Shown here: in pieces, positions 62,690-64,000 of the stretch | How positions within the stretch are numbered: position 1 is the stretch's first letter | Layout of the letters: the number at the start of each line of letters is the position of its first letter | Assembly (NCBI RefSeq): GCF_026210795.1 | Contig: NC_089435.1 | Coordinates: 4,836,001-4,900,000 of the forward strand | Direction: 5' to 3' | DNA from: Rhizophagus irregularis | Taxonomy: Eukaryota | DNA: 64,000 nt | Notes under the pieces: model-generated | Told to the model about the DNA's origin: nothing | The model's input: the letters and a program-made list of their open reading frames with translations, nothing else | The model's database searches: none | Made by a program: the position numbers and the translations under genes

Positions 62690-63175
62690 TTAACAATTTA
62701 TTAAAATAAAATCATCAGCAATTTGCACTTGTATAGATCATTATATAGTAATTAATAGTAAATTTATATATGACTTCAGTTCAAATTATGATCCATTAGT
62801 TTGTGTAACTTAAGTTGGCTCTGTATATTTATCTATCCCTAGGTAATCCTGCCTGAGTTTACTATTTTTAGTCACGTGTTTTGTTACCTCAAAATTAAGC
62901 CGTACCAGGTTGTTTATTTTTCTTTTTTTTTGTACGACAAAGACGTAAAAAAAAATTTTCAAAGTTCAACTCAAACTTATATAAATACTTTTGCTTTTTT
63001 TTACTTATTACAAGTTTGAAAAGTAATACTATGTTTTGTATTTTAAATGTTTTAATAATAACTATAATTCTTTTTTACTAATAAAATCTTTTTTTTATTT
63101 ATATATTATTTTAAAGACAATACAATTCTTTTTTTTTTGAAAAGCAGAGTTTTATAGTTTTTTAATTTTAAAAAG

Positions 63176-63922
63176 ATGTCAAATAAAATTGAAAAACATC
63201 TTTTATTAAATAAAACTCAAAAGCAAAAATTAACCTTACTATTAGAAAACAATTGATTAGTTGAAATGTATTGAAAAAAAAGCAACAAAATGAGGCTAAG
63301 GCATCTTTAAAGCAATATAATCTCTTACCAGATCAAATTAAGAGTGGTCTAACAAAATGGAAAATACATCAAAAAAGGAATGATTTAAAAACAATGAATA
63401 AAATATTATACCAATGTACTACAGGAAGTTTTATAAAAATACCAAAGGTACTGGGAAAAATCAACACTACTAATAAAGCAACTGGTTTTTATATAAGAGC
63501 AATGGGTTACTTGGAACATTCAGAATCTTGTAAAAGAGCAATAAGGGTATTACCACCTGTACTTAATTTACATCCTTGTGTTAAAGAAATGGCTTTAAAT
63601 TTATTAAAATTAATGCTCAAATTTATTGAACAGAAATGTAATAGTAAAGTGATTATTGGAAATCATAGGCTTTTATTAAAAGCATCTGATCTATCAAATA
63701 TTATGAGAAATTTTAGAAAAACTCATCTTAATATAAATACAAGAGTAACAAGTAGAATATAATTTAGATCAAATATTTGGTAATGATGGAAATTTGGTAT
63801 TAAAAGAAGCATACTTTCATTATCAACCTGAAACAATTAATAATAGATTAGAGATAGGTATTTCAACAAAAGCTCAAAGAAATCTTGCTTGGTCATTTGG
63901 TCATAAAAATATTTTATTACTA
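63176..63922 (+). pseudogene. Probable transposase (Mutator/MULE-like) N-terminal part, frameshifted
   Basis: Fragmented ORF ending HYQPETINNRLEIGISTKAQRNLAWSFGHKNILLL, which resembles the segment before the first catalytic Asp of MULE-type transposases. Recognised from memory only. Confidence 0.4.
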
Positions 63923-64000
63923 GGAAACAGGAACCGTTAGAGCGTCTGAAGTATTCAGTATAATTAATAATTGTACATTTAATACTAAAAAAAATTGTCA

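Larger units (their letters stand above)
46435..62842 (-). mobile_element. P-superfamily DNA transposon (about 70-bp imperfect TIRs, 7-bp TSD GTAATCC) with several nested insertions
   Basis: gtaatcc|CTAGGGAATAGATA..GCCAACTTAGGTTACACAAACTAA..TTTGAACTGAAGTC at the left. GACTTCAGTTCAAA..TTAGTTTGTGTAACTTAAGTTGGC..TATCTATCCCTAG|gtaatcc at the right. Encloses a P-type transposase. Confidence 0.8.

Noticed and set aside
1..64000. tRNA, rRNA or snRNA genes
   Set aside because: None recognisable by eye; a covariance-model scan would be needed to exclude them.

Overview
AT-rich eukaryotic genomic DNA with short GT-AG introns. Gene families and transposon content point to an arbuscular mycorrhizal fungus (Glomeromycotina, Rhizophagus-like); this is inference, not a database hit. 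The host genes form a cluster of about nine related type-I single-pass membrane protein genes and relics. They share a signal peptide (ILLx..VN[T/C]Q), TM helix, (N/H)xGQE cytoplasmic motifs and mostly a C-terminal helical 'ILQxIKQE' repeat. Their ectodomains differ: a Kelch propeller, about 68 APADGK repeats, or a short Pro/Ala/Ser stalk. The rest is nested transposons: many MITEs, a 6.7-kb foldback element, a 9.5-kb CACTA element inside a Kelch gene, a 16.4-kb P-superfamily element, a Helitron-like insert, hAT and MULE-like fragments, and LINEs. Three signals stand out. (1) One LINE family sits twice at the same nucleotide of a TTAA-CCCT DNA element, with a target containing the GCGAAGC mini-hairpin, which suggests a site-specific retrotransposon that targets another TE. 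(2) The receptor family has swapped ectodomains on a shared chassis. (3) A non-autonomous transposon carries an array of about 14 duplicated intron/micro-exon units. Coordinates were read by eye and may be off by a few bases.
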